Below are positions 29,350-38,406 of a stretch of DNA of 45,020 nucleotides, in pieces. Both the position numbers and the translations under genes were made by a program. The notes beneath the pieces were generated by a model. The model made no database searches and had not been told where the DNA came from. It worked only from the letters and a program-made list of their open reading frames with translations. The stretch's first letter is position 1, and the number at the start of each line of letters is the position of its first letter. The DNA lies in assembly GCF_049969415.1 (NCBI RefSeq), contig NZ_JBMFOX010000008.1, positions 1-45,020 on the forward strand, in the 5' to 3' direction. The DNA comes from Candidatus Hadarchaeum sp. (lineage in GTDB: Archaea > Hadarchaeota > Hadarchaeia > Hadarchaeales > Hadarchaeaceae).

Positions 29350-29802
29350 CTATTTACCGGTCGCTTCCCTCGCTCTGAGCAACAACTTTTCCGCCTCGGG
29401 CTTGATGGCCTCAATCCGTTCCTCAACCTTTTTCAGCTCGGTCCTCGTCTGCTCGATGGCCTTCTCCACTTCCGCAATTCTGGCTTCCAAGAACTTTATC
29501 GCCTCCTCGACGGTTCTTTCAACCATCACATCGGCACCGAGCCCCACCAAGACCCTTTCGGCGGATATCAGCTTGGCCGGGATAAACGTGTCCGAACCAA
29601 GGGGAACCAGAATGTCGGCCGAGGGCTGAAGCTCCTTGAGGGATTTCAGCGCTCCGACGGTCATGTTAAGCTCGGAAAGAGAGCCTGCCAGCGCTGAGGC
29701 CTGTTGCCGCAACAGCTCCACCACGGCCTGACCGTCGTTCATCTCGGCGAGCAGGCGCTGCAGCTTCTCCCTTTCTTCAACCTTCAGGGGTTCCATCACC
29801 AT
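29350..29802 (-). CDS. pfdA: Prefoldin alpha subunit
   Basis: Coiled coils flanking ILVPLG..VLVGLGADVMVE; conserved position. Confidence 0.92.
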   Translation of the reverse strand: MVMEPLKVEEREKLQRLLAEMNDGQAVVELLRQQASALAGSLSELNMTVGALKSLKELQPSADILVPLGSDTFIPAKLISAERVLVGLGADVMVERTVEEAIKFLEARIAEVEKAIEQTRTELKKVEERIEAIKPEAEKLLLRAREATGK

Positions 29803-30023
29803 CACTCCGACATCGCCAGAACTCTGGGATCCGTTACCTCCTCAGGGGTAATTTCTACGACTTCCTCTATATGGATTCTGTTTCGGGAGATTCCGTGCCG
29901 GCTCCCCAGCAGCGAGTAAACCCTCTCCAAGGCTTGTTCCTTTGAAAGAGCCGCAACCTCACGCCTGAACCTCTGCTTGAAAAGGCCCTGTTTGAACCAA
30001 CCGCTTATCCGATAGATCTGCAT
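29802..30023 (-). CDS. rpl18a: 50S ribosomal protein L18Ae/LX (eL20)
   Basis: YRISG..F.REV.A..ALERVYS.LGSRH.I.R..IHI; synteny. Confidence 0.9.
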   Translation of the reverse strand: MQIYRISGWFKQGLFKQRFRREVAALSKEQALERVYSLLGSRHGISRNRIHIEEVVEITPEEVTDPRVLAMSE

Positions 30024-30032
30024 TCGATCACC

Positions 30033-30695
30033 TCAGATAAACCCCAGCGCACTTTCGACGCGTCCCAGCTCGGAACCGGTCGTAGTCATGCCTACGATAG
30101 CGCCCTTTGAGTTCGCCGCCATGCAGAGCCCGACGAACTTCACCCCGGCACAGGCCGTGCCCACGTCAACCGGAACGTTCAGTGTCTTCTCGATGAGCCT
30201 GGCCTCCTCGCCGGTGACATCGGGATGAACCAGGACCCCACGATTCGTGGCCACACCAACCGCCCCCACATTTTTTATCCCGGCGATTGTTCCGCGGACC
30301 ACGGGCACGCGCAGCTTCTGGCCCACCTGCTTCAAGACATCATCCGGCAAGTCAGGGTTGGCTATGGCCCCATAATCGTTCACTAGAAAAACATTACCAA
30401 AGGCGTTGAACTTCCCCGGGATCTGAGCCACCGCGACATCAGGCTTCAGGCTCCCTTCACCACAACCAATCTCAAAGAGATCCGAACAGATCAAACCGTT
30501 CGAGTTGCCGGCCAGCAGGATGCCAATTAGCGGACTGCGATCGACGTCGGTCCTCACCACCGGCACCCCCAGAGCGGCTTCAACCTCCTTTTCCTTGAAT
30601 CGGAAGATTGAGGGTAGCAAGGCGATTTTGTCGGTGCACAAGGAATATGCCCCCAAGAACGGATTTCTGTTGAAAGCCATCCGAATAATCGCCAT
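30033..30695 (-). CDS. eif6: Translation initiation factor 6 (aIF-6)
   Basis: NPFLG, GNSNG, GNVFLVNDYGA, GTIAG, ATNRGVLVHP, ANSKG, TTGSELGRVE. Confidence 0.93.
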   Translation of the reverse strand: MAIIRMAFNRNPFLGAYSLCTDKIALLPSIFRFKEKEVEAALGVPVVRTDVDRSPLIGILLAGNSNGLICSDLFEIGCGEGSLKPDVAVAQIPGKFNAFGNVFLVNDYGAIANPDLPDDVLKQVGQKLRVPVVRGTIAGIKNVGAVGVATNRGVLVHPDVTGEEARLIEKTLNVPVDVGTACAGVKFVGLCMAANSKGAIVGMTTTGSELGRVESALGFI

Positions 30696-30709
30696 CACCT
30701 ACACCTTGT

Positions 30710-30961
30710 TTACTCGGCAGGAGAAGCGTGAACCAGCCCATCGTCGTCCTTAACGGCCTTCACCCTAATCTTGGTCGGGGGCTTCTCCTGGCCTTTCTCC
30801 CAGAGCTTTTCATTCAGCTTAGGATCCAACTTTATCCGATCCGACTTCATGTGTCTAGCCAAGTACTCTCGGACCAGCTTTGCCCCACGGCGGGCGCGTC
30901 GGTAGCGCGGAACTCTCTTGAGATCTCTCAAAGGAATGACGAATATCTTTTCCTCAGGCAT
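30710..30961 (-). CDS. rpl31e: 50S ribosomal protein L31e
   Basis: IPLR..RARR..REYLARHMK..LNEKLW.KG..PP.KIRV. Confidence 0.95.
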   Translation of the reverse strand: MPEEKIFVIPLRDLKRVPRYRRARRGAKLVREYLARHMKSDRIKLDPKLNEKLWEKGQEKPPTKIRVKAVKDDDGLVHASPAE

Positions 30962-30969
30962 GCGACCAC

Positions 30970-31125
30970 CTATGGCTTAATTCTCGACCTTCGCCAGCTC
31001 CTTCTCTTAACGCTGGTGCGAATCTTTCCCTTGGTCTTGCTCATCACCCAGACGGGGGCCCTTCTGGTCCTCCTAGCCGCCCGAGCCAGCCTCTTTTTCA
31101 CCGGGAATTTCTTGTTTCTCGCCAT
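30970..31125 (-). CDS. rpl39e: 50S ribosomal protein L39e (51 aa; below ORF-track cutoff)
   Basis: Read by hand: MARNKKFPVKKRLARAARRTRRAPVWVMSKTKGKIRTSVKRRSWRRSRIKP*. Confidence 0.93.
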   Translation of the reverse strand: MARNKKFPVKKRLARAARRTRRAPVWVMSKTKGKIRTSVKRRSWRRSRIKP

Positions 31126-31126
31126 T

Positions 31127-31459
31127 TCAGATCCTCCTGATCTTGATCTCGCGCTTTCGCGACTGCAATCGATCCAGTATCTCCTTCAGCTGGGAGTCAG
31201 TTATCTTGGCGCTAATCCTGCCCGCCTGCGCCAGCTGCATCAACTGGATTTCCAGCTGCTCCGCGAACTCCGGCTTTACCGCGCGGATGTTGGCCAACCG
31301 GCTTCTCGCCTCCGGTGTCAATATCTGGGAGAGTATCGCCCTCTTCTGGATCTCGAACTGCTGCCTCAGCTCGGCCTGGCGCTGCTGCTCCTCATACTGG
31401 GCCTGCAACTCCTGCGCCCTCTTCCTGCGCAAAGCCTCGAGCTCGCTTTCCTCCTCCAT
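31127..31459 (-). CDS. PDCD5-like DNA-binding protein
   Basis: ELEALRRKR..ILSQILTPEARSRLANI..KPEFAEQLE.QL.QLAQ.GR. Confidence 0.93.
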   Translation of the reverse strand: MEEESELEALRRKRAQELQAQYEEQQRQAELRQQFEIQKRAILSQILTPEARSRLANIRAVKPEFAEQLEIQLMQLAQAGRISAKITDSQLKEILDRLQSRKREIKIRRI

Positions 31460-31463
31460 AAAA

Positions 31464-31889
31464 TCAAGCCTTCATTTCATTTTTCAGCTGTTGGGCAAGG
31501 GACTCGACCATGCTCACGCCTTTGGGGGTGAGCTTCCTGCCCTGGCGCTCGACCTTGGTCACCAGCCCGGCCTTCTCCAGCTGTTGCAGCGCGACGCGGA
31601 TGATCTTGCCGCCAGCCCTTCGGAAGTGCTCCGGAGGCTGACCTCGGTTCTGCCGGCCACCGTAGTAGGTGCGCAACCTGGAGATTCCGACTGGGCCATC
31701 CACGTAGAGACGCCGCAGCAATGAAGCCGCCCGGAGGTACCACCAGTCCGTCTGTTCCGGCGGCCTCTCCTTGTGAACGCCCGTCTTGACAAATATACTC
31801 CACTGGGGCGGCTTTATCGCCTCGATCTTCTTGAGCTCCTCGCTCAGCCGCTTCACCAGCGCAGTGGGTTGAACTTCCCGAACCGACAT
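31464..31889 (-). CDS. rps19e: 30S ribosomal protein S19e
   Basis: VKTGVHKERPP..WWYLRAASLLRR.Y..GPVG..YGGR..GKIIR..LQQLE. Confidence 0.96.
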   Translation of the reverse strand: MSVREVQPTALVKRLSEELKKIEAIKPPQWSIFVKTGVHKERPPEQTDWWYLRAASLLRRLYVDGPVGISRLRTYYGGRQNRGQPPEHFRRAGGKIIRVALQQLEKAGLVTKVERQGRKLTPKGVSMVESLAQQLKNEMKA

Positions 31890-31906
31890 TTACATTCCAA
31901 CCTGAT

Positions 31907-32302
31907 TTAGTCCTCTAATTTCTGGTCGCAGGCGGTATTAACGCTTTTCCCAAGGGATCCAGGATCAGTTCCCGGGCCCACTCTCGGTCCCCAGGGTAGC
32001 CTCTTTACCCGTCCGCACTTCAAACAAGTGATGATAATCCTTTTAGACTTAACTCTAACCCGACAGGTTACGCCGGGCTTCCAGTAGCTCAGGCATTTCC
32101 TGCAGAATTTCAAGCGGATGTCCCCGGGCAACCTCAGATTGTACCGCGTCTTGAGCCTCCACGCGGCCCGGACGTATCTGTCGGCGAGTTCAGGGTTGCT
32201 GGCAAAAATTTTTTCCGCTTGTTCAAAGAGGCGGGCCACGCGTTCCAGCGCCAATTCCCGGAACTCATCCATTTGGCCCCGGCGTCTCTTTCGGTGTGGC
32301 AT
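31907..32302 (-). CDS. rnp4: RNase P protein component 4 (Rpp21)
   Basis: ALER...LF.QA, ADRYV, FCRKC, PG..CRVR, TCLKCG.VKR.P. Confidence 0.9.
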   Translation of the reverse strand: MPHRKRRRGQMDEFRELALERVARLFEQAEKIFASNPELADRYVRAAWRLKTRYNLRLPGDIRLKFCRKCLSYWKPGVTCRVRVKSKRIIITCLKCGRVKRLPWGPRVGPGTDPGSLGKSVNTACDQKLED

Positions 32303-32303
32303 T

Positions 32304-32996
32304 TCATCTACCCAACCTAGACCTAGTTATCCCTAACGCCTCCTCATAGGCATAGATCGCTCGGGAGACCACGGTCGGCGCCGTGAGCAGCTCGGGATCT
32401 ATGCAAACCTGCTCATCTGAAATCGAGCTGACATCCGAAAGAAAATCGCCGCTGGGGAATCCCCCCACCAGAATACAAGCATTGTCAGCCTTGGAAAGTC
32501 CGGCAAAGACTTCCGCCAGCGGCTTTCTCTGTCCCCGGTCGCTGAAGGTAATTGTCCTTTTTGGTTGCAATCTGCGCACCAAGTCCGCCAGCGTTGCCTC
32601 CTCCAGCCTGAGCAGCGGCTTCCCTGGAGGTGCCTCGCCGGTAAGAAAGAGATGCTCCAGCAGACCCTCAAAACGGTTAAGTACCCGGGGGAGGCGGGTC
32701 GAGGGATCCACCGAAATAACCTTGTTTTGCCGGGTATGGAGGTAAACGCGCAGCAGCCCCTCTCGGTTCAGCGGCGCGTCCAACGCCAGCAGCAGGCACA
32801 GGTGGGCGATGTCGGGTCTGCCGCGCCTATCACCATCAACGAGCTTCCTCATCGCCGCATGATGCAGGCCGGAATTCAAAATGATCTCAACCGGCCGCCT
32901 TCCTCTCTGCCGGGCATGCCAACGGATGACCCGGTGACCGGCAACCTCGGCGGGAACCGTCTCAACCTCGGCGTCGGCGATGATTAAATTCAGCAT
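32304..32996 (-). CDS. nep1: 16S rRNA pseudouridine N1-methyltransferase Nep1
   Basis: HHAAM, RGRPDIAH, LNREG.L.VY.HT, RLPR..RFEGL, VGGFPSGDF. Confidence 0.92.
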   Translation of the reverse strand: MLNLIIADAEVETVPAEVAGHRVIRWHARQRGRRPVEIILNSGLHHAAMRKLVDGDRRGRPDIAHLCLLLALDAPLNREGLLRVYLHTRQNKVISVDPSTRLPRVLNRFEGLLEHLFLTGEAPPGKPLLRLEEATLADLVRRLQPKRTITFSDRGQRKPLAEVFAGLSKADNACILVGGFPSGDFLSDVSSISDEQVCIDPELLTAPTVVSRAIYAYEEALGITRSRLGR

Positions 32997-33056
32997 GAAA
33001 ACCCAGAAGAACTTTCACCGATTTATATTTAACCTAACAATAATCACAGGGATGGC

Positions 33057-33533
33057 ATGTTGGAATCACAGATTTTAATCACGCTTGTCGTCGTGGCCGC
33101 CATCATCATCTTCTGGAGAGGGGTGGATAGCCTTTTCCGAAGAAAACTGAGGAGAATGGTGGGACACCAGCGGCTTTCTAACTCGCTGTCAATAATCTTC
33201 GCCGTCGTGGTCCTGATTTACCTTCTCAACGTCTGGGGGGTAATCCAGGCAATCGTGGAGTTGACCTTGACCTTCGGCACCATCAGCGCCGTCCTGCTCT
33301 GGGCAATGAAGGATGTGTGGATCTCGAATATCTTCGCTGGGATCTCGCTGATAGGGGACAGGAACATCAGGATAGGGACGGAGGTTGAGATTGGAGGGCA
33401 GAGGGGAAAGATTGTGGAGATCTCGCTGACCGTCACCAAGCTCAGGTCTCCCGACGGCAGATTGATCATCGTTCCCAACCAAGTCTTCCGGGCTTCCGTC
33501 GTCGTGATAAACACCAAGAAAAAACAACGGTGA
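33057..33533 (+). CDS. Small MscS-family mechanosensitive channel protein
   Basis: 3 TM segments, then SNIFAGI..IRIG.EVEI.G..GKI.EI.L..TKL...DG.LI.VPN. Confidence 0.8.
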   Translation: MLESQILITLVVVAAIIIFWRGVDSLFRRKLRRMVGHQRLSNSLSIIFAVVVLIYLLNVWGVIQAIVELTLTFGTISAVLLWAMKDVWISNIFAGISLIGDRNIRIGTEVEIGGQRGKIVEISLTVTKLRSPDGRLIIVPNQVFRASVVVINTKKKQR

Positions 33534-33539
33534 ACCGCG

Positions 33540-34220
33540 GTGTTTCCCCTCAAGGACGAAAATCCCTCCTCAAGCTTCCCCTACGTCAACACGGCACTTA
33601 TCGTGGTCAACCTAGCCGTGTTCATCATCACGCTGCTCAACGGGACATTCGAGAGCACCATTGAGGCCTATGGAATGAGGCCGGTCGAGGTGCTCGCGGG
33701 TAAAAGGCTTGAAACGCTATTCATCTCTTTGTTCCTGCACGGCGGCGTCCTCCACATCCTGGGCAACATGCTCTACCTTTACATCTTCGGGGACAACGTC
33801 GAGGATGCGCTGGGCCACGGCAAATATCTGGCCTTTTATCTGGGAACCGGGATAATCGCCAGCCTCATTCACGCCCTGAGCGACCCGGTCTCAGATATCC
33901 CCACCATCGGCGCCTCAGGTGCTATCTCCGGGGTGCTGGGGGCCTATCTCGTGCTCTATCCTCGGGCCCGGGTCTACACGGCGGTGGGGATCTATCTCTT
34001 CTGGAGAATAATCATGATCCCGGCGATATTTTTCCTCGGGTTCTGGTTCCTGCTCCAGCTGCTCTCGGCCTCGGTGACCTGGCTGACCGGGATTTCGGAG
34101 GGGGTCGCCTACTGGGCGCACATCGGCGGGTTCATCGTCGGCGCCCTGCTGATCCTGCCGACCCGAGCCAAGCTCAGGAAGCGCCGGAAGTCCAGCCACT
34201 ACCTCTACGACGGGTTTTGA
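33540..34220 (+). CDS. Rhomboid intramembrane serine protease
   Basis: FLHGG..HILGNM, FGDNVED, GASGAISG (Ser), AYWAHIGG (His). Confidence 0.93.
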   Translation: MFPLKDENPSSSFPYVNTALIVVNLAVFIITLLNGTFESTIEAYGMRPVEVLAGKRLETLFISLFLHGGVLHILGNMLYLYIFGDNVEDALGHGKYLAFYLGTGIIASLIHALSDPVSDIPTIGASGAISGVLGAYLVLYPRARVYTAVGIYLFWRIIMIPAIFFLGFWFLLQLLSASVTWLTGISEGVAYWAHIGGFIVGALLILPTRAKLRKRRKSSHYLYDGF

Positions 34221-34247
34221 ACCAAGGGCTTGTTGCGGGAGCTGAAA

Positions 34248-34262
34248 GAAAAGGGTTTATAA
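34248..34262 (+). promoter_or_regulatory. BRE/TATA promoter of KaiC-like gene
   Basis: GAAAAGGG-TTTATAA about 30 nt upstream of ATG 34293. Confidence 0.5.
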
Positions 34263-34292
34263 CCGCACTGAAAAGCCTTAACTGGCGAACCC

Positions 34293-34988
34293 ATGCTCCG
34301 CGACACAGTGAAAGGGCTGGACAACGTCCTGAAGAACGATATACCTCGAGGTTACGTGGTGCTGGTGACCGGTGGAGTGGGATCGATGAAATCCAGCTTC
34401 GTCTACAATGTTCTCTCCAACTACCTGACCAAACACAGGGACGAGTTCGGCGTCTACGTGACGCTCGAGGAGTCCAGGGAAAGCCACCTGAGAAACATGG
34501 AAAGCTTGGGGATCAAGAAACCGGAGCACCTCCAGATCTTTGACTACCAGGACATCCGCAAGGAGTGGCGGGAGGAGGAGCCGTCGCTGGATATGGTGAG
34601 CATAACTGAGGACGTGATCAAGTTCTACAAGGAGGAGATGAAGGACAAGTTCACCGTCTTCTGCCTTGACTCCCTGAACGCCCTGCAGACGCTGGCGAAG
34701 ACGGACAACCTGCGCCGGGAGAGCTATCACTTCTTCAATCTGCTCCGGGACAGCGGCCTGACCTCATTCATCATCCAGGAGATCCAGGCCGTCGGGGAAG
34801 GGCGAAGGCACATCCCGGAGTCCTACCTCGCCGACGGAGTTATCGAACTGGGCGTGATCGAAACTCCGGAGCTGGTAACCCGGTACATCCAGATCAGGAA
34901 GATGCGCGCCTGCAGGCATTCCATGAAGAAACACCAGCTGATGGTCAACGAGGGCGGGCTGGAAGTTCTCGGGCCGGTTTACGAGTAG
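34293..34988 (+). CDS. Single-domain KaiC-like/RAD55-family ATPase with variant Walker A
   Basis: GLD.VL..IPRG.VVLVTGGVGSMKSS, YVTLEES, LDSL, ESYLADGVIEL, IQIRKMR..H. Confidence 0.88.
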   Translation: MLRDTVKGLDNVLKNDIPRGYVVLVTGGVGSMKSSFVYNVLSNYLTKHRDEFGVYVTLEESRESHLRNMESLGIKKPEHLQIFDYQDIRKEWREEEPSLDMVSITEDVIKFYKEEMKDKFTVFCLDSLNALQTLAKTDNLRRESYHFFNLLRDSGLTSFIIQEIQAVGEGRRHIPESYLADGVIELGVIETPELVTRYIQIRKMRACRHSMKKHQLMVNEGGLEVLGPVYE

Positions 34989-35119
34989 TCCCTGCTAAGG
35001 GTGGGTTTTGAAAAATCTCGACATGGGGAGCATCGCCTTTTTGCCCAATTTTGTCTTATAAAGGGAAATTTTCGGAAACTGAAACATTACCTTAAATAAC
35101 GCCCGTCTTTCCTGAGGGT

Positions 35120-36739
35120 ATGGTCTTTATGGGGGAAGGCGAGGATCTTTGGAAGGAGCATTGCTCCTTCCTAGAAAAACCATTTTCCGAGCAGTTGGAG
35201 ATCAATCTCCAAAGCCGAGATGAGTACTTTAAAAGATGGCAAAAAACGAAAATGGCTGCCAAGCTGTGCCCGAACGGCGTAAAGGGCTTTGAAGAAGTAC
35301 CGCTCACGACCTACGAGGACTATACCATCTTGCACGATTTTGGCGAAAAAGTCGAGCAGCTCAGCAGAACCATTCCTAGGGAGAAAGAAGAACTATGGTG
35401 GGACTACTATCTCCGGATCGGCAGGATGGCTGCTCCGATGCTAGACGGGTGGTTGCCCGAGGAGTTTGACTTTTGCGCCAAGACTTCTGGGAGCAGCGGT
35501 AAAAGCAAGTGGCTCGCCTACGGGAGAAGCTTCCGCAGGGAATGGGACAGTTTAACTTCATACCTAATAATAATGTGTAGCGAAAAATCCGGAGACACCA
35601 ATCTTCGCAAGGGAGATACCTACCTGAACATTGTAGCTCCTGCACCCTATGCCTCGGGATTTCAAATGCATCCTATCGAAAAACTGCTTAGGCCGATACC
35701 GCCGAGAAGCGTCACCGATAACATTAGCAACATGCGCAAGAAAATGTGGATAATCCTCAAGGAAATCGAGAAGGGGGCCAGAATCGATATCGCCGGAGGA
35801 ATTGCTTCCACCTTCTACATGATGGCGCGATACTTCACCAAGCCAGATGAATTTTTCAAGGACTATTACCAATCGATGAACTTCGGGATAACAAAATTCC
35901 TGCTCTTTTTGAAATATCTTCAGTGTAAAATGAAGGGAAAAAAATACAACAGGGCAAGAGAGATACTGCCTGTGAAGGGAATCGGCTTGGGTGGATACGA
36001 CACCAGACTGTACTTAGATAGTATAAAAGAAGAATTTGGAGTTATCCCCACCAACGCCTACGGTTGCACGGAATTCGGTATGGTGATGTACGGACATTCC
36101 GACAGAAAACTGGATTTGATTCCTGACCTGCGTAACATGTACTTCGAGTTTTTAACCGAAACCGGGGAGATAAAAAGGATTGATGAGTTGAAAAAGGGAA
36201 GAATATACGAACTCGTCGGCACTCCGTTCGGAACCATGCTGATGAGATACAGGATCGGGGACAAGTTCAGGCTTGTCGACTTCAGGGACGATGGGTTGCC
36301 CATCTTTGAATTTGAGGGCAGGGAAAACGAGGTAATCGATATCTATGGGTATTTCAGGATCTCGCAGGCCGTAGCGGTCAAAGCCCTCTGTGAGGCCGGC
36401 CTTAAGGAGACCGACAGATGGTGCCTAACAAAGGTTACCGACCCGAAGGAACGCTTGCTCCTGCTGATGGAACCGGAGTGGGACTACCCGGAAGAAAAAA
36501 CCGCGGAGCTTATCTTCAACGCCCTTTATCGGATTAACCCAGAATTTAAAAACTACGTGGATGATTTCGGGATCAAAACATCGCAGGAGCTGGTCGAGGT
36601 CCGGTACCTCAAGAAAGGCGCTTTTATGAGATATAGCATGAAAAAGATGAAGGAAGGGGTTCCAATTGGAAATATAAAGCCGCCCAAAATAGTCGTTAGC
36701 GATAAAAGCGATGCCATCGAAGTGCTCAGGAGCGTGTAA
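35120..36739 (+). CDS. GH3-family acyl-adenylating enzyme (ANL superfamily)
   Basis: VPLTTYEDY, KTSGSSGKSK (P-loop), YGCTEFG, YFEF, MRYRIGD, FEGRE, C-terminal GNIKPPK. Confidence 0.75.
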   Translation: MVFMGEGEDLWKEHCSFLEKPFSEQLEINLQSRDEYFKRWQKTKMAAKLCPNGVKGFEEVPLTTYEDYTILHDFGEKVEQLSRTIPREKEELWWDYYLRIGRMAAPMLDGWLPEEFDFCAKTSGSSGKSKWLAYGRSFRREWDSLTSYLIIMCSEKSGDTNLRKGDTYLNIVAPAPYASGFQMHPIEKLLRPIPPRSVTDNISNMRKKMWIILKEIEKGARIDIAGGIASTFYMMARYFTKPDEFFKDYYQSMNFGITKFLLFLKYLQCKMKGKKYNRAREILPVKGIGLGGYDTRLYLDSIKEEFGVIPTNAYGCTEFGMVMYGHSDRKLDLIPDLRNMYFEFLTETGEIKRIDELKKGRIYELVGTPFGTMLMRYRIGDKFRLVDFRDDGLPIFEFEGRENEVIDIYGYFRISQAVAVKALCEAGLKETDRWCLTKVTDPKERLLLLMEPEWDYPEEKTAELIFNALYRINPEFKNYVDDFGIKTSQELVEVRYLKKGAFMRYSMKKMKEGVPIGNIKPPKIVVSDKSDAIEVLRSV

Positions 36740-36741
36740 GC

Positions 36742-37476
36742 GTGGCTAACTGGTACTTCTTCCCTATCACATTGCAGTATTTAATTGGTGGCGGACTTAT
36801 CTTCGCGATTTCATTTTTGCTAATCCGGAGAAATTCTAAAAGCTGGGTTTACTGGCCTTTTTTCCTTTACGGCCTCTTCGCCGGCCTGTGGATGCTGATG
36901 GCCTTTTTCCACAGAAACGCGCCTAATGCCGAGCTATCCGCCGATTTCATCACGCTGGGCGCAGTCTTCGGCTTCACTTTTCCAGCGTTTCTGCTAATCA
37001 CCTTTCTTATGCTCAAAAAACAAACTTGGAAAAACTTGCTGTCGTTAATTCCAGCGCTAATCATGGGTGGGATAACACTTTCCATTTTTCCCTTTAAGGT
37101 CCTGTGGACCGACTTTGGCTGGACCTATAACTACGCCTCCTCTTGGTACTTCGCTGCCGCCGTATTTTTAAATCTGGCCTACATCGCGGCGAACCTGATT
37201 GTCGGTGTTAACTTGGTCAGAACCGCCCCAACTGCTCTGCTAAGAAAAAAATATAAGCTCCTGTTGATCAGCTACTTTGTTTTTTATGTGGTAGCCATCG
37301 CGATCACCAACATGCTTCTGGTCCGTTACACCAACTACCCGCCCTTCGGTGGAATCATCAGTACCCTCGCCTTCCTTACCATTGCATGGGCCCTCTCACT
37401 TAGAATTGAGCCGGGTCAAAGGGAAAATCTGAACGCAGCAAGCAAGGACGATGGAAACCATGGCAAGGATGTTTAG
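36742..37476 (+). CDS. Stand-alone 7-TM membrane sensor (HisKA_7TM-like N-terminal domain) without kinase
   Basis: Seven hydrophobic segments, RRNSKS..WPF..LW, periplasmic WTDFGW loop, RKKYKLLLI before TM6; no H-box or catalytic domain. Confidence 0.6.
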   Translation: MANWYFFPITLQYLIGGGLIFAISFLLIRRNSKSWVYWPFFLYGLFAGLWMLMAFFHRNAPNAELSADFITLGAVFGFTFPAFLLITFLMLKKQTWKNLLSLIPALIMGGITLSIFPFKVLWTDFGWTYNYASSWYFAAAVFLNLAYIAANLIVGVNLVRTAPTALLRKKYKLLLISYFVFYVVAIAITNMLLVRYTNYPPFGGIISTLAFLTIAWALSLRIEPGQRENLNAASKDDGNHGKDV

Positions 37477-37515
37477 CCCAAGTCCAGAAACCGGCATCCG
37501 GCTGGGGGGAGTGAT

Positions 37516-38406
37516 GTGGAAAACTACGTTTCGGAACTACCATCCATTTCGGCGCTGAAAAAATTTCTGCATGAACTATTGCCCTCCCTGCCCGGCCAAG
37601 AACTGGGTGAGAACGTCATCGAATTCCAGAATTTTATTAAAAGCATTGGGCTTGGAAACATCATATACTTGGACGAAAGAGGAAACGTCTCACTGAAATC
37701 CTCCGCATTGTCTTCGCTAAACATGCCCGAAACCGTGAGAAAAATTCTCGTTTATCTCGGAAACCAAATGGAACCCAATCTTTCCGATCCTTACAGAGAA
37801 CTGTTCATTAAAAACTATCTCGAATTCAGGTCAGGTTCACAGCCCGCCGCTGAGATCTGGCTGAATCAAATGCTGCATGACCACGGAGGTCTCCTCTCAG
37901 CCTACGGAATCATCGAGAAGCTACCGAAAGATACCAAACTACCGCCAATTTTTCAGCTACTGCGCCCTGGATCAATCCATTTCCTGAAAGAGGAAAAACC
38001 AGAACAAGGCTACGCAATGATCAGAGAGGCAATCAAATATGCATTCAAGGGATTCTGCGTGAGCAAACTTGAACCGAACAAGGTGAGATATAGATACGGG
38101 GTGAAGAATGCCCAAATCATCTGGCTGACCTTCAACAAAACCAAGGAAAAATCTATATCACCTGACGATCTGGACGGACTGAAATCCTTAATCTCAAAAG
38201 CGGACATCGGGTCGGTGATTCTATTTGACTGCCTCAACGAGATAAAACTGGTCAACGGTTTTAAGGAAGCACTTGAGCTTTTCAAGGAGCTGAAGAAGCT
38301 CTGCAGAGAAGGCAGATTGATCCTGATCGTCTCAGTTGACCCGAAGAAGCTCGCCGAGAAACAGCTTCTGGCGCTGGAGCAAGCCATGGAGGTTAACGAG
38401 AAATGA
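37516..38406 (+). CDS. DUF835-domain protein (inactivated KaiC-like domain) with N-terminal helical domain
   Basis: C-terminal GFCVSK..P..IIWLT..SISPDDL..VILFDCLNEIKLVNGF..L..L..LIVSVDP..L..QL..LE. Confidence 0.75.
   Translation: MENYVSELPSISALKKFLHELLPSLPGQELGENVIEFQNFIKSIGLGNIIYLDERGNVSLKSSALSSLNMPETVRKILVYLGNQMEPNLSDPYRELFIKNYLEFRSGSQPAAEIWLNQMLHDHGGLLSAYGIIEKLPKDTKLPPIFQLLRPGSIHFLKEEKPEQGYAMIREAIKYAFKGFCVSKLEPNKVRYRYGVKNAQIIWLTFNKTKEKSISPDDLDGLKSLISKADIGSVILFDCLNEIKLVNGFKEALELFKELKKLCREGRLILIVSVDPKKLAEKQLLALEQAMEVNEK

Noticed and set aside
28505-31531. Long plus-strand ORFs (374 aa, 267 aa)
   Set aside because: Shadows of ftsY/pfdA and ribosomal protein genes in GC-rich DNA.
34293-34988. 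Circadian clock KaiC
   Set aside because: Single domain, variant Walker A and no kaiA/kaiB.
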